DNA of 64,000 nucleotides. Source: a virus. The DNA lies in the IMG/VR virus record IMGVR_UViG_3300040758_000214, positions 64,001-128,000 of that record. One strand, 5' to 3'. Made by a program: the position numbers and the translations under genes. The notes beneath the pieces are model-generated. The model was not told the DNA's origin and did no database searches. It was given only the letters and a program-made list of their open reading frames with translations. Below, in pieces: positions 10,087 through 19,774 of this stretch; positions within the stretch are counted from its first letter, which is position 1; each line of letters opens with the position of its first letter.

Positions 10087-10431
10087 TTACTGGTCCATTT
10101 TCCATTTGTTTTTTACTCCTTCCTTCCTCCAATCTTCAGGATTAATATCAGAACATAATTCTAATGCAGCTCCAGCTAAAGCCATAACTTTTACAAGATA
10201 AGCATATGTATCAACCGGAGCTGAATTTTGCTCATCCCATTCCTTACAAGTTAATAACCAATCTGGTAAATCACGACTCCAATTTTCAACGTAACTTCTC
10301 TTAGCTTTTTCCAAATATATTTCAACGAATTGTAAAAATGATGCTACATTAAAACTAGGATTCTTTCCAAATACTTTGTTTTGATATTCTCTTTCTTTCA
10401 CATACAAATCTAATATCGTCTGACAATCCAT
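10087..10431 (-). CDS. MazG-like all-alpha protein (tentative)
   Basis: KEREYQ...LVKVMALAGAALE resembles degenerate MazG/dATP pyrophosphohydrolase-like phage proteins. Confidence 0.4.
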   Translation of the reverse strand: MDCQTILDLYVKEREYQNKVFGKNPSFNVASFLQFVEIYLEKAKRSYVENWSRDLPDWLLTCKEWDEQNSAPVDTYAYLVKVMALAGAALELCSDINPEDWRKEGVKNKWKMDQ

Positions 10432-10777
10432 TTATCTCCTTTTCTGATAACACTCTTAGATTTTTTAGTGGTAAATTCTCAATGAAAAAACTTTTAGATT
10501 TTCCTTGTTCTTTTCCTGTTAATACTAAGCATTCAAAATATCTTCTGATATAAGGCGGTGAATAATCATATAAAATTTTTTTATATCTTAAAGTAATTAA
10601 TGCTTTTTGTTTTCTTAAATATTTAGGTATTTTTTCTCTTTGTGTACCTCTAGGATTTGATGTTTCAACAAATTCTACTATATCTCCAACTTTAGTCTTT
10701 CTCGGATTTTCAATTGTATAAATTCTTCCAAACAATATATCTAAAAATGTTTTTAAATTATTAGTGGGTATAAACAT
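10355..10777 (-). CDS. Hypothetical basic protein
   Basis: 140-aa ORF in gene-dense run. Confidence 0.5.
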   Translation of the reverse strand: MFIPTNNLKTFLDILFGRIYTIENPRKTKVGDIVEFVETSNPRGTQREKIPKYLRKQKALITLRYKKILYDYSPPYIRRYFECLVLTGKEQGKSKSFFIENLPLKNLRVLSEKEINGLSDDIRFVCERKRISKQSIWKES

Positions 10778-10779
10778 AA

Positions 10780-11662
10780 CTATTCCTTTACAAAATCACA
10801 ATAATATTCATAATATCTATTTACTCGATTACTAAACACTTTTCCTCTTATTACATCTTTACTCCCACATATAACATGATTTAAAAGTTCATCACATAAT
10901 AAACAATCTTTACATTTTTTACAACCAGGTAAATTAAATGTTCTATCTGGATATATACCTACATTTTCACCAAACTTAATTATTTGTATACTTTGCATAT
11001 ATTAATCACCTGTATTTAAAGACTGACAAATATATCCAGAATCTGTCTTTGTAAATACTGTTTTAAACTTTTCTATTTTTTTAGATCCACATATAATGTG
11101 TTCTACAAGTTCATCAACAAAAATAGCATCTTTACATTTTTTACATTGAGAAAAATCTTCAAGAAAATCAGCAGGCCATACCTCATTTTCCCATTCTATA
11201 GCTTGTATAGTTTTCATAATCAATCCTTAGTATTTAAATAGAAACACTTATAATGCCTACAATCATCATCTAATTTAAATACTTTATATTTTTCTATCTT
11301 TTCAGATCCGCATATAATATGGCCTATAAGTTCATCAATGAGAATAATATCTTTACAATTTTTACATTCAAAAATAAACTTCATTCCATCATAAATAGGA
11401 AAAACTTTATTATTCCATTTAACGAATTGAATAGATTTCATAATTAATCACCAGTATTTAAATAATTACAAATATAGTCGCCATTCTCATCTAATTTAAA
11501 TATACTACAATTTTTTATCCTTTGAGACCCACATATAACATGTTGTATAAGTTCATCTACAAGAATAGCATCTTTACATTTTTTACAATGGCTACAACAA
11601 TCATGATTGTATCTAATACTTTCAATTTTATTATCCCATTTTGCATATTGTATAGTCTTCAT
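10780..11662 (-). repeat. Tandem array of four ~72-aa paralogous Cys/His (Zn-binding) proteins (10780-10998, 11002-11223, 11220-11441, 11444-11662)
   Basis: Shared MKxIQ...CKxCKD..xxDELxxH[IV]ICGS...Y.C pattern. Confidence 0.85.
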
Positions 11663-11664
11663 AA

Positions 11665-12078
11665 TTAATCACCAATATTAAATTTCTTCAAAGTTCCTTT
11701 GATGTTTTCTTCTAATTCTAATTTGACCATATCATTAAAGACATCAATTCCTTGCTCAGTAAATTTAATTAATTCGTATAGAAAGTTTATTGTAATTTGG
11801 CAATATTGTTCTGGTGTTAATTTTACTATTTTTTGTTTGTCTGGCTTCTGGTTCCAAATATAACTATTACTTAATTCACTTTCAAATTCATTTTTTGGGT
11901 ATAATGTTGAAACTTTTTGATCCCTTAAATCTATAGAACATTCTAAATTATTACTTCATGCTACTTTCATATTTTCGGATATATTTTTAAATATATCTAA
12001 TAAATCAACTCCAACGCCTTTACCAACTAAACTCGGATACATCAAAGAAAGATAATCTATTCCAAAATCAGGATTCAT
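11665..12078 (-). CDS. 137-codon ORF interrupted by one in-frame TGA at 11956-11958 (Sec/readthrough, pseudogene or error)
   Basis: GAGGAG SD, ATG 12078, ...ENMKVA*SNNLECSIDL...KFNIGD TAA; fills the gap exactly. Confidence 0.55.
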
Positions 12079-12089
12079 AAGTTACTCCT

Positions 12090-12404
12090 CTACTCAATTT
12101 TATATTTTTCAAATATAATTTTTATTGATTGTTTAATTTCTTCTATGGCAGGACTTTGTAAAATATCATTTTCACAATGTAATAATTTTTCCATTAAATC
12201 TACCATAAAATATCTTAATTCATCCAGGTCACCTTTTAAAGTTCCACCGTATCTATTCTTTATAATAGATACTTTATATTTACCATCATTATTAAAATTA
12301 CGTCGAATTCCAAAAACTAAATCTGAACTATACATTTTTTCAGTTGATGTAGATCTTTCGCCAGTATCAATAGCATAATCACCGTGAATCATAATACTCT
12401 CCAA
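12090..12404 (-). CDS. Hypothetical protein with DnaB-like C-terminal motif
   Basis: SDLVFGI...VSIIKNRYGG resembles the SF4 helicase KNRxG motif; only 104 aa. Confidence 0.4.
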   Translation of the reverse strand: MESIMIHGDYAIDTGERSTSTEKMYSSDLVFGIRRNFNNDGKYKVSIIKNRYGGTLKGDLDELRYFMVDLMEKLLHCENDILQSPAIEEIKQSIKIIFEKYKIE

Positions 12405-13259
12405 TCATAAGTACATTAATCCTGACAATCCTCCTTCTATTCCTTTCCAATTAATTGCAATTGCTTCTGATGGATGTATTGATTCCTCATGGGTACATTT
12501 TACTAACCAATCAAGAATATTATTATTTGTATCTAAAGAATGACTTATCTTTCGGATTGAGTCTTCTACAAACATTGGATTCTCAGCGGCAATTCTTGCT
12601 ACTTCTTGTTCATCAACTCTTTTTAAAATGGGATAAGGAATTGTTTTTACAGAATCTTCGGTATTACAAATTAATTCTTCTAACCATACTATTTGAGGAA
12701 GATTAACTTCAACTAAAATTTCAGCATAACATCTTTGAGCATGAGGAAATCCCATAGATCCAGTTGATTCTAATGCAGCACAAAGAGATGCAGAACATGG
12801 GCAATATGAAGCATATTGAACTTTAACTTTTTCAAAGAATCTAAATGATTTATCAGTCAATCTTCCTTCAAATGAACATTCATAAAATTGTGGAGCACAA
12901 TGATCACTTAATGGAGATTTTTTATTTAATTGTAAGTCAAATTCAAATTTGATAAAACTATCTGTATCATCATTAACATTTAATTTAAAATCTTCTAAAA
13001 TAGCATGTAATGTTTGATGTTTTAATGGTTCATTTAAATAAGGGATTAAATTTCTATGTAATCTTGACATCGAAATTCCCTTTGTATCTTTATTTAAATT
13101 TGTTGTCATATTCACTTTAGCTACAACTTCATGTTGACCTGTAAAATATGATTCTAGTTTAATTGGAACTCTTACATTTTGTACTCCAACTTGATAGATA
13201 GGAATTTCAATTTCTGGTTTACTACATTGAATGTCCGGTAAATTTTTCATGTTATTCAA
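12405..13259 (-). CDS. folE2: GTP cyclohydrolase IB (FolE2)
   Basis: LPDIQ, KGISMSRL, SYCPCS, HAQR, LKRVDEQ, NPMFVED, EESIH. Confidence 0.95.
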   Translation of the reverse strand: MNNMKNLPDIQCSKPEIEIPIYQVGVQNVRVPIKLESYFTGQHEVVAKVNMTTNLNKDTKGISMSRLHRNLIPYLNEPLKHQTLHAILEDFKLNVNDDTDSFIKFEFDLQLNKKSPLSDHCAPQFYECSFEGRLTDKSFRFFEKVKVQYASYCPCSASLCAALESTGSMGFPHAQRCYAEILVEVNLPQIVWLEELICNTEDSVKTIPYPILKRVDEQEVARIAAENPMFVEDSIRKISHSLDTNNNILDWLVKCTHEESIHPSEAIAINWKGIEGGLSGLMYL

Positions 13260-13278
13260 ATTATTTATCTCCTTTAAA

Positions 13279-13314
13279 AAGTACAGGTTAGGTATTTCTA
13301 TCTAACCTGTACTT
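13279..13314 (-). terminator. Intrinsic terminator
   Basis: AAGTACAGGTTAG...CTAACCTGTACTT hairpin followed by T-run on minus strand. Confidence 0.7.
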
Positions 13315-13360
13315 AAACTAAAAATTAGACGTTCTACACGTACTTTACAATAAATGAATA

Positions 13361-15145
13361 TTAGGATGCATCTTTATCTTTATCGGAGTCGTAGAAATTA
13401 GAAACATTTGTTGCGCCTAATTTTGTAGCACCATAATAAGAATTAATACCTCTTGTTACAGTAAATGCTGCTTTACTCACACCAGCAGCGGTTGCATCAA
13501 AATCAGTAATATTTCCTTTCTTAATTCTAAGAGTCTTTTGAATATCTTCAAGATTCTGATTAGCCCCAATGTATGTGAAAGTCCATTTTCCTGTCTCTTG
13601 TAGAGATTCAATTAAATTTCCAATACTTCTTTGATCTCTATATTTCTTAGAATTATTTTCATCACCATCTGTGAGAATTACAAATAAATAATTTGTATTA
13701 TCACCTAATTCCTCTTTCTGATATTTTTCAACAGTTAATCCAATTGCATCCCACAATGCAGTCATTCCCGCAGGTCGATATGTTTCATAACCAATTTTCT
13801 TTAAATCATCACCAGGTTTTCTCCATAGAATAGGACTTCTTACTGAATTTGAAAAGGTCACTAAGCTTACATGACTTTCAATATCATTTGAATTTTCTTT
13901 TATTGCATCAACCTGTTGATTAAATAAATCAATTATTGGATCTTTAATAGTCATCATAGATCCAGATTCATCTAAAATAATAGCAACTTCATTTCTTGCT
14001 TTTCCCGCCCTTACTGCATAATAAGATTCAGAAACTTCTTGTGTTGTTTCATATACTCTCTTACGAATTGAAACTCCAACTTCACCTACACCTGGTTGAA
14101 AAAGAACCATTCTATCCCACTTAGTTCGTTTTCCAGTTTGAATATAATCTCTTTCCCACTTTACATTTTCAAGCCATGTTGGAAGTTTATCATTACCATT
14201 ATTATCCTTCCCAAATTTATGATATGCAAACTCTACTGTGCGAGTTGCAAAAGTCAATTTAGGGATAATTGTGTATGTTAAGAATCTTCTACGATTTGAT
14301 AATTCAATCAACATTTCTTGATTATGCTCATATGTAGGATATGTTGAATTATTATCAGGGACATCTATTGCGACTTCAAAACTCTGAATTTTAATCTTTT
14401 TACCAGGAATTTTTTCAGATGCAGCCCATTCAATTCCAGCTCCATCAGGATATTTTATTCCCTCTTCCAACATCTTTTTGACTTCTGAGAAATAATATTT
14501 TGATTCCTCAGAAAGTCTATTGATTAAAGCTTTCGTCATAAAATAATACTGTCCGTAGAAGCTTATCCATCTATTTGGATGTATAAATTCATTGAAGTGA
14601 ATTTTATTTCCATCACATATATTGTTCTCAAGAAGGAATTTATTTTCTTCAGCGTTCTCGATGAATTGTAGGTCACTCCACCCTTCATGCCACATTCCAT
14701 CAAGATCTGTAATACTGAAGTTCCTATAATCTCCAACATTTTCACTTGTAACAACATTCATATCTTTAATTCTCAAACTGAAGGAAAATGTTTCTTTATT
14801 TGCAACAAGATTAAGAACTTGACCATGCCTATTTTCAGTAGAAATAATTCCCTGACCTTCTTTTATTTTTGTTGCTCTCATCGAAGTATATTGGGGTATG
14901 TTAATTACTGCATTACGCTCAGCTAATTCAAACAGAAAGCAGCTTAAGTCTAAATCTGTAGTCTTAGTTCCATCGTCTGGATCGTATGCTATTCCCGGTT
15001 TTCGGGAATGCATATTGTACCGCCACCAATTTACAACTTCTCCAATTATAGGTCTTATATCTTTTGACCTATCAAGAATACATTCCATTACAGAGTTATC
15101 AAGAATTGTCTTTAATGTGGTTGCTACTTTCTTAGTTTTACTCAT
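13361..15145 (-). CDS. Unknown N-terminal domain fused to C-terminal vWA domain
   Basis: MIDAS IILDESGSM, GMTALWDAIG, ILTDGDENNS, WTFTYIGANQ. Confidence 0.8.
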   Translation of the reverse strand: MSKTKKVATTLKTILDNSVMECILDRSKDIRPIIGEVVNWWRYNMHSRKPGIAYDPDDGTKTTDLDLSCFLFELAERNAVINIPQYTSMRATKIKEGQGIISTENRHGQVLNLVANKETFSFSLRIKDMNVVTSENVGDYRNFSITDLDGMWHEGWSDLQFIENAEENKFLLENNICDGNKIHFNEFIHPNRWISFYGQYYFMTKALINRLSEESKYYFSEVKKMLEEGIKYPDGAGIEWAASEKIPGKKIKIQSFEVAIDVPDNNSTYPTYEHNQEMLIELSNRRRFLTYTIIPKLTFATRTVEFAYHKFGKDNNGNDKLPTWLENVKWERDYIQTGKRTKWDRMVLFQPGVGEVGVSIRKRVYETTQEVSESYYAVRAGKARNEVAIILDESGSMMTIKDPIIDLFNQQVDAIKENSNDIESHVSLVTFSNSVRSPILWRKPGDDLKKIGYETYRPAGMTALWDAIGLTVEKYQKEELGDNTNYLFVILTDGDENNSKKYRDQRSIGNLIESLQETGKWTFTYIGANQNLEDIQKTLRIKKGNITDFDATAAGVSKAAFTVTRGINSYYGATKLGATNVSNFYDSDKDKDAS

Positions 15146-15180
15146 TGTAATTCTCCTTTTTGATTTTTGTTTGATTTGTT

Positions 15181-15348
15181 TTATCCTGCATCATACATTC
15201 TTATATAATATCCACAATTTGAACAACATACATCTCCATCATGCATTGCCATATCATAATTTCTAACTTCTGTTTGAATAGGCGAATCTCCACATTTAGG
15301 ACATTTATCAGGAATTCCCCTTGAGTTTATTCCATGGTTTATTTCCAT
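15181..15348 (-). CDS. 55-aa zinc-ribbon protein (not in ORF track)
   Basis: MEINHG...CPKCG...CSNCGYYIRMYDAG with GAGG SD. Confidence 0.6.
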   Translation of the reverse strand: MEINHGINSRGIPDKCPKCGDSPIQTEVRNYDMAMHDGDVCCSNCGYYIRMYDAG

Positions 15349-15361
15349 TAATTATCCTCTT

Positions 15362-15643
15362 TTAAAATGAATGGCCCCAACTTCTCCAACCAAGTTTGAA
15401 ATACTTTAATAAAATATCTCTTACTTCCCCATTTGTAATTGATTTAAATTGAGAACAATCTATATGTCTATGATTTTTATTTGTAGTTTCACACATTAGA
15501 AGTTTATTATTTAAATCTCTTAGAAAAACTATAGCTTTACTATCTTGATCCTGATCTGGATATATCCAAATTGGATTACAGACACGCTCAGAAAGTTGTT
15601 CCATAATCTCTTCTATTAATTTTTCATCTGTTGTTTCATACAT
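15362..15643 (-). CDS. Hypothetical protein
   Basis: ORF in operon-like run. Confidence 0.55.
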   Translation of the reverse strand: MYETTDEKLIEEIMEQLSERVCNPIWIYPDQDQDSKAIVFLRDLNNKLLMCETTNKNHRHIDCSQFKSITNGEVRDILLKYFKLGWRSWGHSF

Positions 15644-15645
15644 AT

Positions 15646-16395
15646 TTATCCTTTCAATGCAGCTAATCTTGATGATACATCTTTTGGTTTTTCATTTTCA
15701 CCAGATGCTTCTTTTAATGCAGCAGATATATTTTCATCTTCCTTTTCTATATCTGATTTAGTTAAAGATTCAACTCTTAAATTAGCAGCTGCAGCTTCAT
15801 TTCTATCTTTATTTGCTTTAGATTGAAAAGAATTTAATACAACATTTAAATCATTTTTATCTGAACTTAATCCTGCTTTTATTTCAGCCGCATCACTTTT
15901 TAATTGAGACCTTTCTTTTTCAATAGATGCTCTAACCATATCTTGTTTTGCTTTATCAATGGCCTTATGTGCAGCTTCCATCTTTACTGTAAACTCTTTT
16001 AAATACGACGCAACCTCATTATAGATTTCTTCAGCTTCTTGACAATCTTGTTTTTCACTATCAACATCAGGTTTAAGTTCTTCAAGTTTATTTAATAATT
16101 CGTTTAAACTCTTTTCAACATTTGGATCTTGTGTTTCATTAAATTTCTTTTCTAAAATTTCAGCAGCTTTAATTCTTTGTTGATATGCTTTTTCTAAGTC
16201 ATTGTATTTATCTTGTTCTTTTTGAAGGTTATTCCTTGCAGTTGCAACCTTTAAACTTAATTCATCAAATTTCTGTTTAAATACTTCCATCTGAGCTTCA
16301 CTGGCAGTTTCAGGATCGAACTTAACAAGAAAACTTGTAAATTCATTTACTCCATGTTTTACTTCTTCACCAAAAAACTTTTTAAGAAATGACAT
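15646..16395 (-). CDS. pspA: PspA/IM30-family coiled-coil protein
   Basis: MSFLKKFF amphipathic start, long coiled coil, C-terminal SRLAALKG. Confidence 0.7.
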   Translation of the reverse strand: MSFLKKFFGEEVKHGVNEFTSFLVKFDPETASEAQMEVFKQKFDELSLKVATARNNLQKEQDKYNDLEKAYQQRIKAAEILEKKFNETQDPNVEKSLNELLNKLEELKPDVDSEKQDCQEAEEIYNEVASYLKEFTVKMEAAHKAIDKAKQDMVRASIEKERSQLKSDAAEIKAGLSSDKNDLNVVLNSFQSKANKDRNEAAAANLRVESLTKSDIEKEDENISAALKEASGENEKPKDVSSRLAALKG

Positions 16396-16399
16396 TTAA

Positions 16400-16723
16400 T
16401 TATTCTCCTTCATATTTTATTTGAATTTGTTTTAACTTTTTGATATTAATATTAATTATATCATCATCTCCCATATCTTCAAATACAATTAAATCTAAAT
16501 CCTCAATTATTTCTAAACAAATATCTGCTAATTCATCACCAATACATCCAACTTTAAGAGTATTTGTTTTTTCATTTAATAATAAAACAAATTTATTTAT
16601 TATTTCTTCAAATTGTTTATCATTGAGACCATCAGAATATTCTTCTATTTCCAATTTTTTACTTCGTAATATATTCTCAATATCATCAGGAATATAAACA
16701 ATATAATTTGAAGGATAACTCAT
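16400..16723 (-). CDS. Hypothetical acidic protein
   Basis: ORF with SD. Confidence 0.55.
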   Translation of the reverse strand: MSYPSNYIVYIPDDIENILRSKKLEIEEYSDGLNDKQFEEIINKFVLLLNEKTNTLKVGCIGDELADICLEIIEDLDLIVFEDMGDDDIININIKKLKQIQIKYEGE

Positions 16724-16735
16724 TTATTTCTCCTT

Positions 16736-16981
16736 TTATTTTGGGGCATCTCTATTTGGACCACCAGGAACAGATACTTGAACACTAGAAGCTAATACTC
16801 CATCGCCAATAATTTCTATACGTCCTTCATCATAATATTGTCCATCTATACTTTTACCATCTTTATCTATTTTTGGGACTAAACAATATTGGTCACAACC
16901 ATATAAGTATTGAACTCTAGCTGTGATAATCCCTTCAAAATTTGTGATTTTATCTTTACCAAGTTTGCCCAATTCAATCAT
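16736..16981 (-). CDS. Small SH3-like phage protein
   Basis: LGK..KDKITNFEGIITAR..YLYGCDQY...PGGP. Confidence 0.6.
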   Translation of the reverse strand: MIELGKLGKDKITNFEGIITARVQYLYGCDQYCLVPKIDKDGKSIDGQYYDEGRIEIIGDGVLASSVQVSVPGGPNRDAPK

Positions 16982-17228
16982 TTTATTTTTCCCCTTTAAA
17001 TTTATATTCCCATTTATTTTTCCATTTTATTACCAAATTATGATAACTTGAATCATATTCTAAAAGTACAAGTATTTCATTTAAAAGACTTTCTAAATTC
17101 TTTACATAATTTAATTCTCTTTCTATTCTAATATTTTCTTTAGTCTTTATACATTCTTCACAATACTCATCTTCTAAAATAAATTTATTATGATTTGAAC
17201 AATAATATCCATATTCCATAATATTTCC

Positions 17229-17936
17229 TCATATTACAGTAATGAAAGATGGGTCTAAAGGAATACCTATAAGAATTCTTATGTATTCACCTTCATCATC
17301 ATTTTCTTGACTGACTATACAATACTCTGATACATCTTCATTTATTGCTCTACCATAAAAAACCATTTCATGATCAGTCTCCATTTCATTAGAATTAAAT
17401 GGATCAATTGAAATATGTTCCTTCATGTAAATAGGATCAACTTTTTCTCCTCCATGTTCAGGTAAAGTCCTAAGATATGTAATTCCACCTGGAGTATTAA
17501 AATCTTTATATCCTAAAAGTCCATTTTCATCATTTATCCACATATCCCAATCATTAGAATTTTCTGGATAAACTTCATCTATTACTTTTAAATATAAAAT
17601 TTCAATTATATCACCATTAGCCTTATCTTGAACTAATTGAATCATTGCATCTTGGTCATTTTGATATTGTAAATAAAATCTATAAATCTTAAAATCTCCT
17701 CCTAGATTTATATCAATTTGACCAATAGACACAATCTTTCCTTCACCATTAGGAGTCATAACTAAAAGATTATCTTCTCCAGCTAAGATAAAAGGAGTAT
17801 TATCAATTAATACTCCCCTATCTAAAGCAAAATTTAAAGGAAGATTCAAATCAAATCTTTCTTTTTTCTCTACAAAGAATCCTTTTAATCTTTCCATCTT
17901 TCTTTTATTTGCAGCTTTTAATAATTGTAATATCAT
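17229..17936 (-). CDS. YjfK/DUF2491-like protein (PspA-associated)
   Basis: LPLNF, IYRFY, W..W...NGLLG, DHEMVFYGR, GIPL; co-occurs with PspA. Confidence 0.6.
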   Translation of the reverse strand: MILQLLKAANKRKMERLKGFFVEKKERFDLNLPLNFALDRGVLIDNTPFILAGEDNLLVMTPNGEGKIVSIGQIDINLGGDFKIYRFYLQYQNDQDAMIQLVQDKANGDIIEILYLKVIDEVYPENSNDWDMWINDENGLLGYKDFNTPGGITYLRTLPEHGGEKVDPIYMKEHISIDPFNSNEMETDHEMVFYGRAINEDVSEYCIVSQENDDEGEYIRILIGIPLDPSFITVI

Positions 17937-18259
17937 ACAAGTCCTTTCAATCCATATAAAATTTCAAAATTCCAATCTTTGTATTTATTAATTATACCTG
18001 TAAATTCTTCTTCTGATATATCAATAAACTTACTTTTATCATCAAAACACCAATCTATAGTAGGGTCTTCGCATATAGTCTCATATACTTGAAAATTTGA
18101 ATTTTCATTATTACTATCATCATGGGCTGAATCATAAAAATTACCAGTCAAAATTATTCTTTTATTAGTATTATTAATAATATTAGTATCAGTTATAACT
18201 ATTACATTTCCATGATATTTAATATTATTTTTTAATGCAGTTGCAATTATTTCACTCAT
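17933..18259 (-). CDS. Hypothetical protein
   Basis: ORF overlapping neighbours by ATGA. Confidence 0.5.
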   Translation of the reverse strand: MSEIIATALKNNIKYHGNVIVITDTNIINNTNKRIILTGNFYDSAHDDSNNENSNFQVYETICEDPTIDWCFDDKSKFIDISEEEFTGIINKYKDWNFEILYGLKGLV

Positions 18260-18546
18260 AATTTATCTCCATTGTAGGATCTTTTAATATAATAAGTTCC
18301 AAAAGGTGATATTTTATATTCTTCTCTAAATTTTGGTAACTCCCAATGAGATAATCTATGAACTTGCAGAATAAGTTTATTTTTAGATTCTTCTTTTGCA
18401 ACCAGAACACAGATTAAATAATCACCAGTTTTAACTTTATTATTATATAAACTTATTCCATGAAATTTATCTACATTATTAATATTAACATCCGGTTCAT
18501 CATATAAACATGGATCACTAATGTCATTAATCTTTCTATTTTTCAT
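18256..18546 (-). CDS. Hypothetical protein
   Basis: ORF with AGGAG SD. Confidence 0.55.
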   Translation of the reverse strand: MKNRKINDISDPCLYDEPDVNINNVDKFHGISLYNNKVKTGDYLICVLVAKEESKNKLILQVHRLSHWELPKFREEYKISPFGTYYIKRSYNGDKL

Positions 18547-18559
18547 CTATTCTCCTTTT

Positions 18560-18752
18560 TTATTTATAATAGTTTCCATAATATAAACATACGAATATTA
18601 TTATTCCTTTTATTAATTGACCTAAAATTGCACCAAATTGATTTTCTGGTTTATTATGATATTCATTATGTTTATCCTTAATTATTGAATAAATCCCCCC
18701 CTATTAATAACCATATTAAGTAACATGTAAGAATAATTCTAAAATTAATCAT
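18560..18752 (-). pseudogene. Small 2-TM protein frameshifted at a G7 tract (18695-18701)
   Basis: With G6 the frame reads MINFRIILTCYLIWLLIGGIYSIIKDK...IIIFVCLYYGNYYK*. Confidence 0.45.
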
Positions 18753-18761
18753 ATATACTCC

Positions 18762-19742
18762 TTATTTTCCAAATCCTAATTTAGATCCATCATATGAATT
18801 TGGTATAGATTTCATCTTTTTCAATCTTTCAATAGTTTCATCATATTCTCTACCTAGACAAAATATTGCAATGACTAATTCTTTTAAATGGGCTACAGAT
18901 AAATCATGTGTATCTATAACCCATTTTTCAAGATCTTCATCATTCATTTCATCTTGAGATACTCTTGTTCTTAAATAAAATCTTCTTGCTTCAATTGAAG
19001 GCATCCCAATTTTGATAACTTCATCAAAGCGACTGGGCCGATTTACTATCCTAGAATCCAATCGTTCAGGGTAGTTCGTTGTCGCAAGATGAACTACATT
19101 ATTAATTTGATTTTCTCCATCTAATAACGATAAAATTCCCGATTCACCATAATTATTGATTAATTCATCAATATCTTCCTCAACAACGATCAAAGGTCGA
19201 CTTGGCTCTATCAATCTGATAATTCTGAGAGCTTCAGATGCAATATTTGGATTCTTACAAATTAAAACAATTCCTCCTCGTTTAATTATATTTTCGATTA
19301 AAAGCATCACAGTAACTGTCTTTCCGCTGCCCGGCGGCCCCCACAAAATTATCCCTCTTTTGTGTAATTGTTTTCTAGAAATAAATTTATCCCTAGCCGA
19401 CCAGAATATATCAATCGAATTTAATACTTTTGCACTAGCAGAGTCAGGAAGTCTTAATAATTCATCAGTAACCATTACAACTTTTTGAAGGTGAACTCTT
19501 CCATAATCATCTATGGCGGCACTATATGATCCAACTGGCAAATTATTAATTGTTCTCTGTGATGAAATATAAGTATCTCCAGCACTTATTAACCATTGAG
19601 AAAATCCTCCATCATTATGAGGGACTTTACCACATTTAAGAATAGATGAGCCAGCCTCAGTTTCAGGTCCATCACAATTAGAATCATCTTTTTTTATTTC
19701 AGAACCAATTTTTTCTATGAACTCATTTAGATCATCACTCAT
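18762..19742 (-). CDS. AAA+ ATPase
   Basis: GIILWGPPGSGKT, VEEDID, LSLLDG, ATTNYPERLD..NRPSRFD. Confidence 0.9.
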   Translation of the reverse strand: MSDDLNEFIEKIGSEIKKDDSNCDGPETEAGSSILKCGKVPHNDGGFSQWLISAGDTYISSQRTINNLPVGSYSAAIDDYGRVHLQKVVMVTDELLRLPDSASAKVLNSIDIFWSARDKFISRKQLHKRGIILWGPPGSGKTVTVMLLIENIIKRGGIVLICKNPNIASEALRIIRLIEPSRPLIVVEEDIDELINNYGESGILSLLDGENQINNVVHLATTNYPERLDSRIVNRPSRFDEVIKIGMPSIEARRFYLRTRVSQDEMNDEDLEKWVIDTHDLSVAHLKELVIAIFCLGREYDETIERLKKMKSIPNSYDGSKLGFGK

Positions 19743-19774
19743 TATTTATATCCTTTTTTTTGTTTAATTTTCAA

